Shown here: piece by piece, positions 24,733 through 38,428 of the stretch
How the letters are laid out: the number at the start of each line of letters is the position of its first letter
Numbering within the stretch: position 1 is the first letter of the stretch
NCBI RefSeq assembly: GCF_001194135.2
Contig: NC_068998.1
Location: 15,612,142-15,676,141, forward strand
From: Octopus bimaculoides
Taxonomy: Eukaryota
Length of the DNA stretch: 64,000 nt
Direction of reading: 5' to 3'
Translations under genes and position numbers: made by a program
The notes under the pieces: generated by a model
Seen by the model: the letters and a program-made list of their open reading frames with translations, nothing else
Told to the model about the DNA's origin: nothing
Databases searched by the model: none

Positions 24733-25734
24733 GTTAGTACTGCGTGAGTGCATCATGTGTTTATGTGTACATCTGCTGATGTTTCTTTGTTTCATTCTAC
24801 TGCCTGTTGTTGTCTTTGATCTTTGATTTTGTTTTGTACCCCTTTACCTCAAAGCTGGTATTTCAGGCCAGCGTGGCTAAACAGTCAAGAAGTTTGCTTC
24901 ACAGTTATGAGATATTCAGTTCAATCTCACTGCATGACATCTTGGGCAGATGTTCTTCCATTTTTTTATGATAGCCTCAGGCTAACCCCAGGCTTGTGAA
25001 TGAGATTGGGTTTATGGGAACTGTTTTGGGAGCCTATCTGAACATATTGGATCCATCATCCAAATCCACTCATAAGGCGTGGTCAGTCCAGGGTTATAGT
25101 AGTAGACTTTTGCTCAAGGTGCTGCATAGTGGGACCCAAGACTACATGGTTGAGAAGCAAGCTTCTTAACCAAACAACCCCATCTGCGCACGCACATGTG
25201 CACTGACATGCACACACACTCACCCACTCACACACTCAGTTCATGAGAGAGTGATGAAAGATGCACATGTGCACAAATGTGTGTGGCTTTGTGTTTGCCC
25301 CCCCCCCCATCACTTGACAACTAGTGTTGGTGTGTTTCTGTCCCCATAACTAAGTGGTTCAGCAAAAAGTGGCTGACAGGATAAGAACCAGACTTAAAAA
25401 TAAGTACTTGGGTCGATGCATTCAGTTAAAATTCTTCAAGATGTTGTCCCAGCATGGCTGCAGTCTCATGGCAGAAACAAGTGGAAAAATAAAAGAATTG
25501 TCTTCTCTCATCATTTCTCTCTCTCCCCCCTCTTCCTGCACCTCCTTTCTCTCTTCCTTCATCTTTCTCTCTTTTCCTCCCACCTTTATTCCTCTGTCTG
25601 TTTAAAGTTACTGCCTCTTCTATTGAAACTCCATATGAAGTATTCTGGCTAAACTTCCTTCTCTTCTTTCTCTTTTCCTGACACACTAAGTGAAACCTTA
25701 AACTCTATCTTATTTCTTCATTGTTCTATTCCAG

Positions 25735-25898
25735 GTCCATATGTCCTTGGGACTGGTTTGTTGGCCACTGCATTGTCCAAGGAAATTTGGGTTATAGACC
25801 ACGGTTTTGCTGATGTAATAGGATTTACTGGCGCTTTCCTCTTCCTCATTTACAAAGTTGGTCCTGGTATGGCGAAGTTTTTAGAAGGCAAGCAACAG
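25735..25898 (+). CDS. ATP5PB: ATP synthase subunit b, exon 4 (membrane segments)
   Basis: GPYVLGTGLLATALSKEIWVIDHGFADVIGFTGAFLFLIYKVGPGMAKFLEGKQQ; CCAG acceptor, GTAAAG donor. Confidence 0.97.
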
Positions 25899-26828
25899 GT
25901 AAAGTTAACAACTTGTCAATGTTGAATAGTCTACACTGACTTCTGTCTCTTTGTCTCATGAGAATATGGACATAACTTTATTTCTCACTTAGTTTTTAGT
26001 CTTTTGGTTGGATGAGGCAAGGGCATAGTGATAGTTTGCACTCACTTAACCCACTCTTGTGACTAGAGTTAAATAAAGTAGAATAGACTGTGAGCATAAA
26101 TATTTTGATGATCTACGGAGCAAGTATGCTGGGAATATGGCAAACTTGCTGACAGCTATTACATTCTGTTATTTTGTATGAAAGTTCCATGATGAGTGTT
26201 CAGTTATATCTAATACTCATTTACTGTTGTAGAGAAAATATTCGTATATAATATATATGTGTGTGTGTGTATGGTGCAGAATCATATTATTTGTCTGCCT
26301 TAATCCTTTAGCATTTGGATTACGCTGTCAAATGTTGTGCTTTTGATTATGAGTATTAACAGAACTTAAGTTATAGCACTCAAGCACATTGAACTAGATT
26401 GAGGGCTGCCATTCACTAGTCAAAAAGAAAAAAAAAACAACAAAATACAGGATAAGTTTTGTGAATGGATGGAAATACCAAGTGTTTAAGGGACCCTGAC
26501 ATCTAGGGTAAGTGTCAGATTTCGAATAAAACTATATAAGAACAAAGTTCACATCCAGAACTTTCAAATGATATATAATTCTCCAAGGAAAATAGGTATT
26601 TTGTCATGCAAATGATGTACTAAAAATTAGGTTTTTGCGTTGTCAAACTGTGTGTTAGTTGTTCCACAGAGATCTCCAAGGATACTTATTAAATTTATTG
26701 CAAAACTCCAAACTTAGAGAAGATTCAATTTTATACCCCTTCACCATTGTATCAAAACTGAGCCCCTGAGTGTCAAATGATTTTAATAAATGATCTGAAC
26801 TATTGCTGCTATTTCCGTTGTATTGCAG

Positions 26829-26957
26829 AGAATCTATGAGGAGACCTACACCAAACCAATAGCGAAAGCTAAAGAGACCTTCCATAATGAAATAAAAGAG
26901 TGTAATGATGCCATCTGGAGTCTTGAAGGACAGAAACATTTGTTTGAAGCTAAAAAG
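26829..26957 (+). CDS. ATP5PB: ATP synthase subunit b, exon 5
   Basis: RIYEETYTKPIAKAKETFHNEIKECNDAIWSLEGQKHLFEAKK; phase 0-0. Confidence 0.95.
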
Positions 26958-27777
26958 GTATGAATTCTTCGGCAAGAATCTTAACATTTTGACTCTTTGT
27001 TCTGTTGCTTCCATTAAGAGTTGTAAATTCTTCCATGTCTCATATCCATTGGAAGCTACTTGCTAAGCATGCACTTCTAACTTTTACTTCACACCCCGTT
27101 ATCTATCTGTCTAATGCATGAGCAGATAAACATAAACACTATTTCTCATTGTCCCTCTCTCTTTGTTTTCTCTGTCTGTCTCACTCTCAAAAAAAAAAAT
27201 ATATATATATATATTGTTGATGTCCTATCATCTTTGTTATCAACACTTAATATCCATTTTCCATGCTGGCATGGGTTGGATGGCTGGACAAGAGGCTGCA
27301 CCAGGTTTCGTTGTCTGTTCTGGCATGGTTTCTATTGCTGGATGCCCTTTCTAACACCAACCACTTTTCAGAGTGTACTGGGTGTTTTTTACATGGCACC
27401 ATCACCAGTGGCACCAGTGTTTTTTTTACCTCCCACCAGCACCCACACCAATGCCTTTTATGGCACATTGGTTTTAGGATCTCAATTCTGTTATGGTGGG
27501 CGGGTCTTCTCTTATAAACCTTCAAGATAATGTGAACTAATAATTTTTGGAACTGTGGACCTTGAAGTACACATAAAGCCACAAATAATCCTTTTTATAT
27601 AATCTTTATCTAAACACAGCAAAGGCCAGTTAATTTAATAATTCCTTCTATATACCTATCTTATCAGAGATCTGATATTATTTCTTAAATATTTATTCCA
27701 CCCTGCCTTTTTGTTTTTTTAAATTTCTTCAAAATTGGTGACATGTTTTGTTAACATTTTCTTCTTTGTGTCTACAG

Positions 27778-27855
27778 GAAAATGTTGGTCTTCAGCTTGA
27801 ATCAGCTTATCGCCAAAGACTAAACAAAGTCTACACAGATGTGAAGAGTCGATTG
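27778..27855 (+). CDS. ATP5PB: ATP synthase subunit b, exon 6
   Basis: ENVGLQLESAYRQRLNKVYTDVKSRL; phase 0-0. Confidence 0.96.
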
Positions 27856-28292
27856 GTAATGTAGAAATTACTCTACAGGCATACATTTCCATTTCCATAC
27901 ATATGCTTGTATGTGTGCACACACAAAGTAAAACACACTCATATGTTGCATAATTGTAATATATCATGTATCCATGCTCAAACATGGATACATAAGTCTC
28001 TCTCCCTCTTATACACACTCAGACACACACACACACACACATGGACATACTCGCACACACATTTGCAGACATATACAAGCACATGCATATGGACACATAC
28101 ACTCATGCAGGCACACAGCACACATATATACATACACACGACAAACACATGCTCATATGCAGATGTACACACATACAGTTATATACACATGCACACGGGA
28201 ACATACATGCGCACATACACTTACACACACAGACATATACACCTTATTCATGATTTCTGATATCTGCGCAAAATTATAATAGTTTACTACTT

Positions 28293-28325
<33 letters not shown>

Positions 28326-28448
28326 GTAGTGTACTGTGGTAATGTAATCTTCTCCCCAAAATTTCTAGCTTTGTGCATTCCTCACACACCCTCCTTTTAT
28401 CTCACTCTCTTTCTCACTCTCTCTCTCTCTCCTTTTATCTCACTCTCT

Positions 28449-28530
<82 letters not shown>

Positions 28531-28846
28531 TGCACAGACAAACCAACACCATTTGTCAAGCAGTGGTAGGACACACACTCACACTCACACACACACACAC
28601 ACACACACACACATGCACAGACAAACCAACACCATTTGTCAAGCAGTGGTAGGACACACACACACACACACAATGAACTTCTTCCAGTTTCTGTCTACCA
28701 AATCCACTCACAAAACATTGATTGGCCCAAGACTATGTTGTAAAAGACACTTGCCCAACATGTCCTCGAACCATGTAGTTAAGAAGCAAGTTTCTGACCA
28801 CACAGCCATGCCTGCATCTATTATTTATTTTATTTTGTTTTTTCAG

Positions 28847-28948
28847 GATTATCATGTAGCTGTTGAGAATACTAAGCGCAAGTTTGAACAAGAACACATG
28901 GTGAACTGGATTGTTAGCAGTGTAGTGAAGAGCATAACCCCTCAACAG
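28847..28948 (+). CDS. ATP5PB: ATP synthase subunit b, exon 7
   Basis: DYHVAVENTKRKFEQEHMVNWIVSSVVKSITPQQ; TTTCAG acceptor, GTATGT donor. Confidence 0.97.
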
Positions 28949-31693
28949 GTATGTTGTCTATCTAGCTGTCTTGTCTTATTTACCACTTAACTCAAATGAC
29001 CATATTTGTTCATGTATGTATCACATTTTATACTTAATATTTCAACTGCAAAAACCAAGGTGCTCCTTATACACAGAGCGAAGCTCAAATTATGAAAGGA
29101 AAATTTTTGTAACCACATTTAATAATATGAGGTGTGTTCCAGAAGTATCAATCTTTATTTTTTTCCTCATCAAAACTAGTGCCATTTGGGCACAATCTGT
29201 TTGGTGGAAGGTGATGCCATCCTCTCCTGCACATGTGTAAAAGTTTTCTCTGCTTTATGTGTTTGGTGAAAACGAAAATCCAATGAGCATACACTACACA
29301 TCTGTACTCTAGGCATAACAGCTGGGAACTGAATGGTCCCACTGGTGTGAAAATTTTTTCATGCACGTGTAGGAAGAGTGGTACCACATTCCACCCAAAG
29401 GATTTTGCCCATGTAACATTAGTCAGATAATTTTTGAATGTATCTCGTATATTAGGGGTCTAACATATGCACAATTGAACTTAATACTAGTAATATGGTA
29501 CTTAACCCTTAAATGGCAGGAAAGGGTCATATGAATCTGTGCCAAACGGGCAAAACCAAAGCATATTTCTTTTTCTTATGGGTAATTTTTATACTTATTT
29601 TCACTTTAGATAAGTACAAGAACTATGGTGTGAGCATAAATTTGTTTGAGTTTTCCTGCATTGTTGTTATACAAATATACGATTGGAGAAAAATTGTTGC
29701 ACTTTTTCCATCCAAAGCTAGTTGCACTTTCTTATGAGCTACCTGGAGCATCACGATCATCATTATCTACCTTGTCTGATGGTGATGAAACGTTAGGCAA
29801 AATAGATTTCATTGTTGTATAAGTTTTTCATTTACTGCTTGATGTCTCCTATCAATAAGGGCCACTTATGTTTAGGTGCATTCGACGAAGTTGACACTTT
29901 GGCGTTGATTGGTGATGACCGTATCCATGTAGAGTTTTTTGAAGCATCATGTAACACTGTCTGCTGTTATCTAATGAAACATCAGTTGATGCTGTCTGCT
30001 GTTTAAGAGATTAAGAACGTTTATTCTTCACTCACTCATACACATATAACTTTGTTCCTATTTAACAGTGGTTCTCAGCCCTTGTAGGTCCATATATATG
30101 ATTTTGTTAAAATTTATCTGCAATAAATTGGTTATACTGCTACATTTTCTTTTAAAAGAAAAAGAAATCGTAGAACGATGCACAAAAATATTTTAATAAT
30201 TATTATTATACAATTCCTAATAATGTTTAATTATAAGAATATAAGATTTTTTAAACATCGAACGTCCAGGAGAGTCCACTTGAGTAGAAATAGGAATCAA
30301 AAGGGTCCATAGGTAAAGAATGATTGCGAAATACTCGATTTAAATCTACAGCAAGAATTATTAGTTATTGTCCTTGACACCGTGAATCAAAAGTTGTAAT
30401 TGTTGAAGCATAATCACATACAGAACAACACCTTAATGTGTCAGATATTATTTTGATGAGGGATTGTCTTTTTAGTGATTTAGTAATTTGGAAGAATTCT
30501 GATAAATTAATAAAGGTATGGGCATGGCTATGTGGTTAAGAAATTTACAACTAAGTAGTTTTTGAATTAGTGGCATTACAAGTTTTTTTGGGTAAGTGTC
30601 TTCTTAGCTTGACCAATGCCTTCTGAGTAAATTTTGGCAGCCAGAAACTGTGTAGAGGCCTGTCGTGTGTGTGTGTACATATATCTTTTATGTTTTACTT
30701 ATTTCAGTCATTAGACTGGCCATGCTGGAGCACTGACCCCCAGTACTTATTCTATTGGTCTGTTATGCCAAACCACTAAGTTATGGGGACATAAACCATC
30801 ACCAGTTGTTAAGTGGCAGAGACACAGACACACACACACACACACACACACACGATGGACTTCTTTCAGTTTCCGGCTTCCAAATCTACTCACAAGGCTT
30901 TGGTTGGCCTGAGGCTATTGTAGTGGGCACTTGCCCAATGTGTCATGTAATGGGACTGAACCCAGAACCATGTGGTTGGGGAGCTAACTTCTTACCACAC
31001 AGCCACGCCTATATGTGTGTGTGTGTGTGTGTGTGTGCATGTCTGTGTAAGTGCAGGTGTGGCAATGTGGCTAAGAAGTTTACTTTCCAACCACTTGGTG
31101 TTGGGTTCAGTCCCACTGTATGGCACTTTGTTGTATTGTTGGTGATAATATATATGTAATAGAACAAGATTAGAATGTACAGTTTGAACCATGGAGCTTG
31201 CCTTTCATCTTTGAGAGTCAGTAAAATAAAGTACCAGTCAAGTACTGGGGTTGATGTAATTGACTGTCCTCTCTCGTCAAAATTGCTGACCTTGTACCAG
31301 ATGGTTTTTTAAAATTTATTTTTAAATATATAATTATAAATTAAAAAAAAAAATTACTTTCTTAGACTTATTCCAAAATTACACACTCTCACTTCTGTAT
31401 AAGAGTTAGAGTAAAATTTAATAATGTATGATGAGCAAATAATAATATAACAATAAAAACTAATTTTTTTTGTTCACTGGTGGTGTGTTGGTGGATACCT
31501 GTACATAAATTCATATAAGAAATACGCAGAATTAAATATATATAAAAAAAAATGAACATGTATGAAAGAGTTCTCTCCCTTGGACGCAGCATATTACTTT
31601 ATCTCATATGCCTGCGACTATTCATATTGTGTGTGTTCGTTTCCGTCTTGATTTTATATTTATTTATTATGATTATCTTTTTTGTTATTTTAG

Positions 31694-31750
31694 GAAAAAG
31701 AGAGCATCAAGAAATGTATTGCAGAGCTGAAGACTTTAGCTGCTGCTTAA
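31694..31750 (+). CDS. ATP5PB: ATP synthase subunit b, exon 8 (stop)
   Basis: EKESIKKCIAELKTLAAA*. Exon lengths sum to 801 nt, i.e. 266 aa plus stop. Confidence 0.96.
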   Translation, partial: EKESIKKCIAELKTLAAA

Positions 31751-31904
31751 AATTATCAATTAGTGGATGTTACCAGCGAAGTTGCTGCAGCTGTTGGTGA
31801 TAGGGGTGGGTGGGGGTGATTAGGTTAAGTAGATTCTCTGGTCACCTGACTTGTCTGTCTACGGAAGATTTTCTATCAAAAAACGAAATTAGAGATGTAA
31901 TGAT

Positions 31905-31910
31905 AATAAA
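31905..31910 (+). terminator. Probable ATP5PB polyadenylation signal
   Basis: AATAAA about 155 nt after the stop codon, followed by a GT/T-rich downstream element at ~31931-31965. Confidence 0.55.
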
Positions 31911-32495
31911 TATACAAAAAAAAAAATCTTGATTTGTTTGTTTTTATTTTTGTTGTTTCCTTTATTTGTAATTATTTTTTCATATTTTGGATTAATGAAA
32001 AAAATTTTATGAGTAAGTTGGGAGGAAGGTGGATCAACTTACTCAGAACTAAGGCCAGTTGTGAATTCATGCAACTGAGTGGATTTTACTAATGGTAGTG
32101 AAGGGTGAAGTGGTAAAGGAGGTTGTGGTTGTTGTGGAGCTGTGTGGGCAAGTGAGTCGATAGAAATAGTTAACATCATGTTAGAATCATGACAGCCATT
32201 CAAAACACATATCATTTTATATCTTGGTACAGTTATGACAGCAATTTAAAAAATACATACACTTCCATTTTGTAATGGCCAGGGTTGTGGAGTCCAAACA
32301 AAAAACTGACTCTGACTCCTGTACTATTGGCACCTCCAACTCTGACTCCTCTTCAATTAAGTGATTGTGGTCTACATATCTCATAAGGCATATGCATACA
32401 CTTGTACTCTGAGTAGGCCTATATGTTATAACTGGTTTATATTAAAGAATAAAGGCTCTGTAGTGACGACCATGACTCTGAGACTCAATCTCAAC

Positions 32496-32796
32496 TCATG
32501 GCTCGCCACTTCATCCTACGTGGATATCCCCTCACTACTATCCACACCACCCTTGCCAGAGCACGTTCCGTGGACCGTCCATCTGCTTTCTTCCCCCCGC
32601 TCCTGCCCCACCGTCTTCTGTCTCCCGTTTCCCCTCACCTACCACCCTACCTCTCCAACGCACCATTCTCCGAGCCTTCCGGCGACTCCAGTCCGACCCC
32701 TCCACTTCCCACATCTTCCCTAACTGACCGCTCCCCTCTTTCAAACGAGCCCACAACCTACGAGACCTCTTGGTCCACAGTTTCTTCCTTAACCCA
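32496..32796 (+). mobile_element. Penelope-like element (Neptune-like) RT C-terminal/linker fragment
   Basis: RHFILRGYPLTTIHTTLARARSVDRPSA..PFPLTYHPTS..ILRAFRRLQSDPSTSHIFPN*PLPSFKRAHNLRDLLVHS across frameshifts; runs into a gap. Confidence 0.8.
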
Positions 32797-35040
32797 NNNN
32801 NNNNNNNNNNNNNNNNNNNNNNNNNNNNNNNNNNNNNNNNNNNNNNNNNNNNNNNNNNNNNNNNNNNNNNNNNNNNNNNNNNNNNNNNNNNNNNNNNNNN
32901 NNNNNNNNNNNNNNNNNNNNNNNNNNNNNNNNNNNNNNNNNNNNNNNNNNNNNNNNNNNNNNNNNNNNNNNNNNNNNNNNNNNNNNNNNNNNNNNNNNNN
33001 NNNNNNNNNNNNNNNNNNNNNNNNNNNNNNNNNNNNNNNNNNNNNNNNNNNNNNNNNNNNNNNNNNNNNNNNNNNNNNNNNNNNNNNNNNNNNNNNNNNN
33101 NNNNNNNNNNNNNNNNNNNNNNNNNNNNNNNNNNNNNNNNNNNNNNNNNNNNNNNNNNNNNNNNNNNNNNNNNNNNNNNNNNNNNNNNNNNNNNNNNNNN
33201 NNNNNNNNNNNNNNNNNNNNNNNNNNNNNNNNNNNNNNNNNNNNNNNNNNNNNNNNNNNNNNNNNNNNNNNNNNNNNNNNNNNNNNNNNNNNNNNNNNNN
33301 NNNNNNNNNNNNNNNNNNNNNNNNNNNNNNNNNNNNNNNNNNNNNNNNNNNNNNNNNNNNNNNNNNNNNNNNNNNNNNNNNNNNNNNNNNNNNNNNNNNN
33401 NNNNNNNNNNNNNNNNNNNNNNNNNNNNNNNNNNNNNNNNNNNNNNNNNNNNNNNNNNNNNNNNNNNNNNNNNNNNNNNNNNNNNNNNNNNNNNNNNNNN
33501 NNNNNNNNNNNNNNNNNNNNNNNNNNNNNNNNNNNNNNNNNNNNNNNNNNNNNNNNNNNNNNNNNNNNNNNNNNNNNNNNNNNNNNNNNNNNNNNNNNNN
33601 NNNNNNNNNNNNNNNNNNNNNNNNNNNNNNNNNNNNNNNNNNNNNNNNNNNNNNNNNNNNNNNNNNNNNNNNNNNNNNNNNNNNNNNNNATCCCAACACA
33701 ATTACACCACCACACCATACAACACCATACCATAAACACCACATCACATCACACCAGCACTGACCACTTACCAGCCCCACACCATCATCCACACGCCTAC
33801 ACATAACACATACGCACACGTCAAGGTCACCAGCCCTCTTCCACACGCACACACATGCTCTCTTATACACACGCACGCGCACCTTCGTTTTGGGATCACC
33901 GCTACTTTATTATCTCCCCTTCTTCTTAGCTCTCCTGTGTGACCCCTCTGTCTGACATTCGCCATGATAGATCGCTAGTCACTACACATTCTTTATTTTC
34001 TCAGAAGATACTTGCCTAAGTTGCTTCGCAGTGGGATTGAATCTAGAGTCGCATGGTATTGAAGCTAACGTCATAACATTATGACCACGCTTGCAACCTT
34101 ATAAAAATTCTATCAAAGACTTTTAATTGATGCTTTCTGTGACAATATTGATGTATTTCAATTCTGTTTAAATAACTAGAAAAAGAAGACCCTTACATTT
34201 CAACGAAAGAGGCATTAGAAAATATGCTTCTCTTCATTTGTGCATCTCCTTAAAATTTTAGGAGAGTGAGTAAGATGAATTGGTTTTGGCTTAAATCTGA
34301 AGTTGTAGCGAAGAGCCTTTTATGTGGTCACTCGATTTGCTTAAAGTGGTTGCAAAATCTCCCACAAATTATATATTTTATCGTCTTAAAAAAATAGAAC
34401 ACATTGGATAATGTGGTCCTGGTTCCAATCACAAGAATACCTTTGAGGATAAGCCTGCCTGCTTGAGCAGAGCTAAACCAGGGCTTAACAAAAATAGCTA
34501 AAAGAAACAAGGAAAGACAGGCGTGTCATCCGAGAAAGTAGGTCATCGTTATGTTTATATATTCAATGAAGTTTGTGAATACAGAGATTATTGTTAGTGG
34601 TTAGTGGGGGAAGAAAAAAAAGTAAAACAACAAAGAAACGAATCTTAAGTTCGTATACTACAGAACCTTGTGAAGAAAACATCTGGAAATGATATGTCAA
34701 CAAAACCATTTATGAAATACGAAACTCTGGCGATAAACCATTCTCAGTCGAAGCTATGTTCAAGGCATGCTCGTTGAGGTGATTCTGGAAAAAAAAAATA
34801 GCCACATCGAAGGTGTGTGAATTATATATATATATATATATGTAAGAAGTTAAAGGGATAAGTAAATCCAGAGAGATATCTATAAAGCACACGCAGTGTT
34901 AAACGAATTTGGTTAACTATATTCAACAATCAGATCCCAATAAATGGAAGTAGAATAAGCATCTAATGTAATTCTTCACGTATGACAAGTAAATCCAAAT
35001 ATCACTAAGAAGAATTTTAAGAAATTCTGAATATAAGACA

Positions 35041-35165
35041 ACAAGAATAAGAATGGAGAAAATCACATCTTTAATTGGTGATTTACACCATATATTACCG
35101 TAGATACGTTAATGTATAGTGTAATCACCAATTAAAGATGTAGTTTTCTCCATTATTATTCTTGT
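35041..35165. repeat. 125-nt foldback (~47-bp arms, ~30-nt loop)
   Basis: 35041-35088 is the near-perfect reverse complement of 35119-35165. Confidence 0.85.
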
Positions 35166-35797
35166 ATCTCATGTGTGTGTGTGTGTGTGCATGAATCATT
35201 TTAAAGCTTAATTTCAATTTCCGCCCCAAACAATATGTCTGTAGAGATTGTAACCACATCTTGTAGAATTGAAGTAGACGCCGGTGGTGTCGACGAATGA
35301 AGAAGCTCTTGAGTATATTTTACATGCAATAATACTCGAGTGTTTACTTCTTTATGACTATAATGGAATTCCGCTACATGTACGGTCTTCACTACTCCAT
35401 GGTTGCACTTTGCCATGTACTAAATACACTATTACATTCTGCTGAGCACTTCTGCCAAGCATGAAAGAGTTACTCCACAAATCATTCTTTATTCTCGTTT
35501 GTTTTGAGGAACTTCCACTGGGTTGGTCGCTTTCAGTTTGTGTTGTCTCATCGAATTTTGTTGAGTTTTATTCTTGTGTTCCTGTAGTAGTATGACGACT
35601 TTCTGTTGTATCTTTGTTGCTTACGTTTGAGTATCTGTCTGTTACAAAAATGGATGTCACTTGCACCTTGTAGCTAACTGTTTCAATACTTTCACTAAAA
35701 GGAAACTCTCCAAAAAGATAGAAGATAGCAAATGCAGACTGAACCTGGAACGGAACTATGTTGTTGGGAAGCAAGCTTCTTACCACGCAGACACGCT

Positions 35798-35837
<40 letters not shown>

Positions 35838-36238
35838 AATAAAAGGATAAAGGATTATTAATTTATTCATAAATTAATAATTTTTACCAAGTACTGAATT
35901 TTGGTATGTGGTGAAGCAACTGTTGCTGATCCCTTAGTTATATATATGTATATATATATACTCTCACACATCATTTTGTATAAACATATATCCCTTTAAC
36001 TGGTAAACATTCTCCTCTCTCTCTTGCTATCCAATCAGCGCTTGTGACGATATATTGAAATATCACTACTGCATGTCTAGTAACACCAAATATTATGTTC
36101 CAGCTTTCATAATCGTTCCAGGATTGGAATCGTAAAACTCAGAATAACGATTTGTGAAATTACAGTTCTCTAAGAAGTATATGACTCTACTTTACGTATA
36201 AAGTAAGATCTTTTCTTTCTCTGTTCACATTGAAATCC

Positions 36239-36275
<37 letters not shown>

Positions 36276-36314
36276 TGCACAAATAACATGTATAAATGCG
36301 TACACACACACACG

Positions 36315-36357
<43 letters not shown>

Positions 36358-37260
36358 CTGGCAGTGGAGAGCAATCGCCATATTCCCTTCCATGTCGGAT
36401 ACCTCTGATGAGCGTATTTATATAATNNNNNNNNNNNNNNNNNNNNNNNNNNNNNNNNNNNNNNNNNNNNNNNNNNNNNNNNNNNNNNNNNNNNNNNNNN
36501 NNNNNNNNNNNNNNNNNNNNNNNNNNNNNNNNNNNNNNNNNNNNNNNATATATATATATATATATATATATATGTGCATATATACATATATGCACACACA
36601 CACATATATATGCACATGCATGAACATGTACATGCATGAACATGTACATGCATACATTATATACGTAAATATACATATACGATGTGTACATACGTACACA
36701 CAAACACACGCGCTCGCACACACATAATCAAACTAATTCCATTAATATGAAACACATTTCTTACTATTTTTTCCTTGTCTGATACAGGATTTCCTGCTTT
36801 TCTCTCACACTCTACTCACTGAACAATTCTCTCTCTCCCTCTCTCTCTGTCCTCTCACTTTCTCACCTCTTTCTTTTCTTCTTTTCTTTTTCTTCCTTCT
36901 TCTGCAGAGAAAATCGTAACAAATTAAATTATCGTTGGTTGTGTAAAACATTAATGAGGAAATCTAGATTCTCGTGTCTCTAACCAGAGGCGCTAACAAG
37001 AATAATATTATCAATAAATAGCAATAACAACACGCAACAGTAGAATACACAACAACAACAACAACAACAACAACTCCGACAGTAGCGATAACAGAAACGA
37101 CCACAAGAACAGCAGCAACAACTCTTATTACAGCGTTTGCAACTGCTATAGCTGCAATGATAACAACAACACCAGCAACAACAACTCCAACAATAGCAAC
37201 AACAATAACAACTTCAGTAATAGCAAAAACAACATCGACTAGCGTTTGCAACAGTGATAA

Positions 37261-37668
37261 CTGCGCTCGCTAAACCGCGGGTTCAAATTCTTGATTGCGC
37301 TCGCTTAATCGCGGTTTGAAACTGTTAACTGCACTCGCTAAACCGCGGGTTCAAACAGTTAACTGTGCTCGCTTAACCGCGGTTTCAAACTCTTAATTGC
37401 GCTCGCTAGACCGCGAGTTCAAACGGGTAACAGCGGTCGCTTAACCGCGGTTTCAATCTCTTAATTGCGCTCGCTAAACTGCAGGTTCAAACGGTTAACC
37501 GCGGTCGCTAAACCGTTGGTTGAAACGGTTAACTGCTCTCGTTAAATCGCAGGCTGAAACGGTTAACTGCGTTCGCTTAACCACGGTTTCAAACTCTTAA
37601 TTGCGCTCGCTTAACCACGGTTTCAAACTCTTAATTGCGCTCGCTTAACCACGGGTGCAAACGGTTAA
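37261..37668. repeat. 34-bp CpG-rich tandem minisatellite, 12 units
   Basis: Unit YTGCGCTCGCT(A/T)AACCGCGG(G/T)TTCAAAC(GG/TC)TTAA starting at 37261, 37295, 37329 ... 37635. Confidence 0.95.
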
Positions 37669-38164
37669 GGGCTACTTCCATGCATGTCAAGAGTAAAAGA
37701 ACCTCCATTATGAAATAGAATCTTGCATTAGCTTCGACGGCGAGTACTCTATTCGTTCGACAAACCAAAGTACGTACTCATCCTATTACAGTATGTTTAG
37801 CTGTATAATATAGATTCGTCTTATGCTCTAATCAGCTTTTTCCCTTACGAAAGAAGTAGGCCACCTGACAGGCACCCTTACGGTTTTTGTCTACCCGAAA
37901 TAGCCATATGTGGTCGCTTGATTCGTTAGAAATAACTGTTAAATCTTCTCTAGATTATAGCTTACTATATTAAAAAAGAAGGAGACGCTAGATAATGTGT
38001 CCTTAAAAAGTAAGGACACACTGGATAATGTGTTCCTGAATACATACCATTCTTCAAAAAAAAAAAAAAAAGGATGGTCGTGGCTGGAACACCTTTGAAT
38101 AAGTCGGGCCTGAGATGAACAACAACCTTGGACAGTCATTACGCCAAGGAATATAAACACATAC

Positions 38165-38428
38165 ACTATAAATAATAAATGCGCCCTTTTAAAGCCTAGC
38201 CAGGCTCATGGGCCCGGTTTCTCGGTTTCAATGGCGTATGTGTTCCCCAGCTGGACGGGACGCCAGTCCATCGAAGCGTTACTCATTTTTGCCAGCTGAG
38301 TGGACTGGAGCAACGTGAAATGAAGTGTTTTGCTCAAGAACACAACGCGTCGCCCGGTCCAGGAATCGAAACCACAATCTTACGATCATGATGCTGACAC
38401 CCTAACCACTAAGCCACGCACCTCCACA
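38165..38428 (-). mobile_element. Young tRNA-derived SINE family D
   Basis: A/B-box head TGGCTTAGTGG..GTTTCGATTCC and central GATGGACTGGCGTCCCGTCCAG (reminiscent of V/Meta-type SINE domains). Near-identical copy at 50868-51122, older copy at 56085-56305. Confidence 0.85.

Noticed and set aside
26655-27014. 119-aa minus-strand ORF
   Set aside because: Antisense shadow of ATP5PB exon 5.
32498-33882. Long 300-420 aa ORFs
   Set aside because: Read through an N-gap; only the Penelope-like fragment is real. The same artefact occurs at the other gaps.
37261-37668. CRISPR-like (GTTTCAAAC) or loxP-like (34 bp) interpretation
   Set aside because: No unique spacers, no 13-8-13 dyad, no cas or recombinase gene, and a eukaryotic context.
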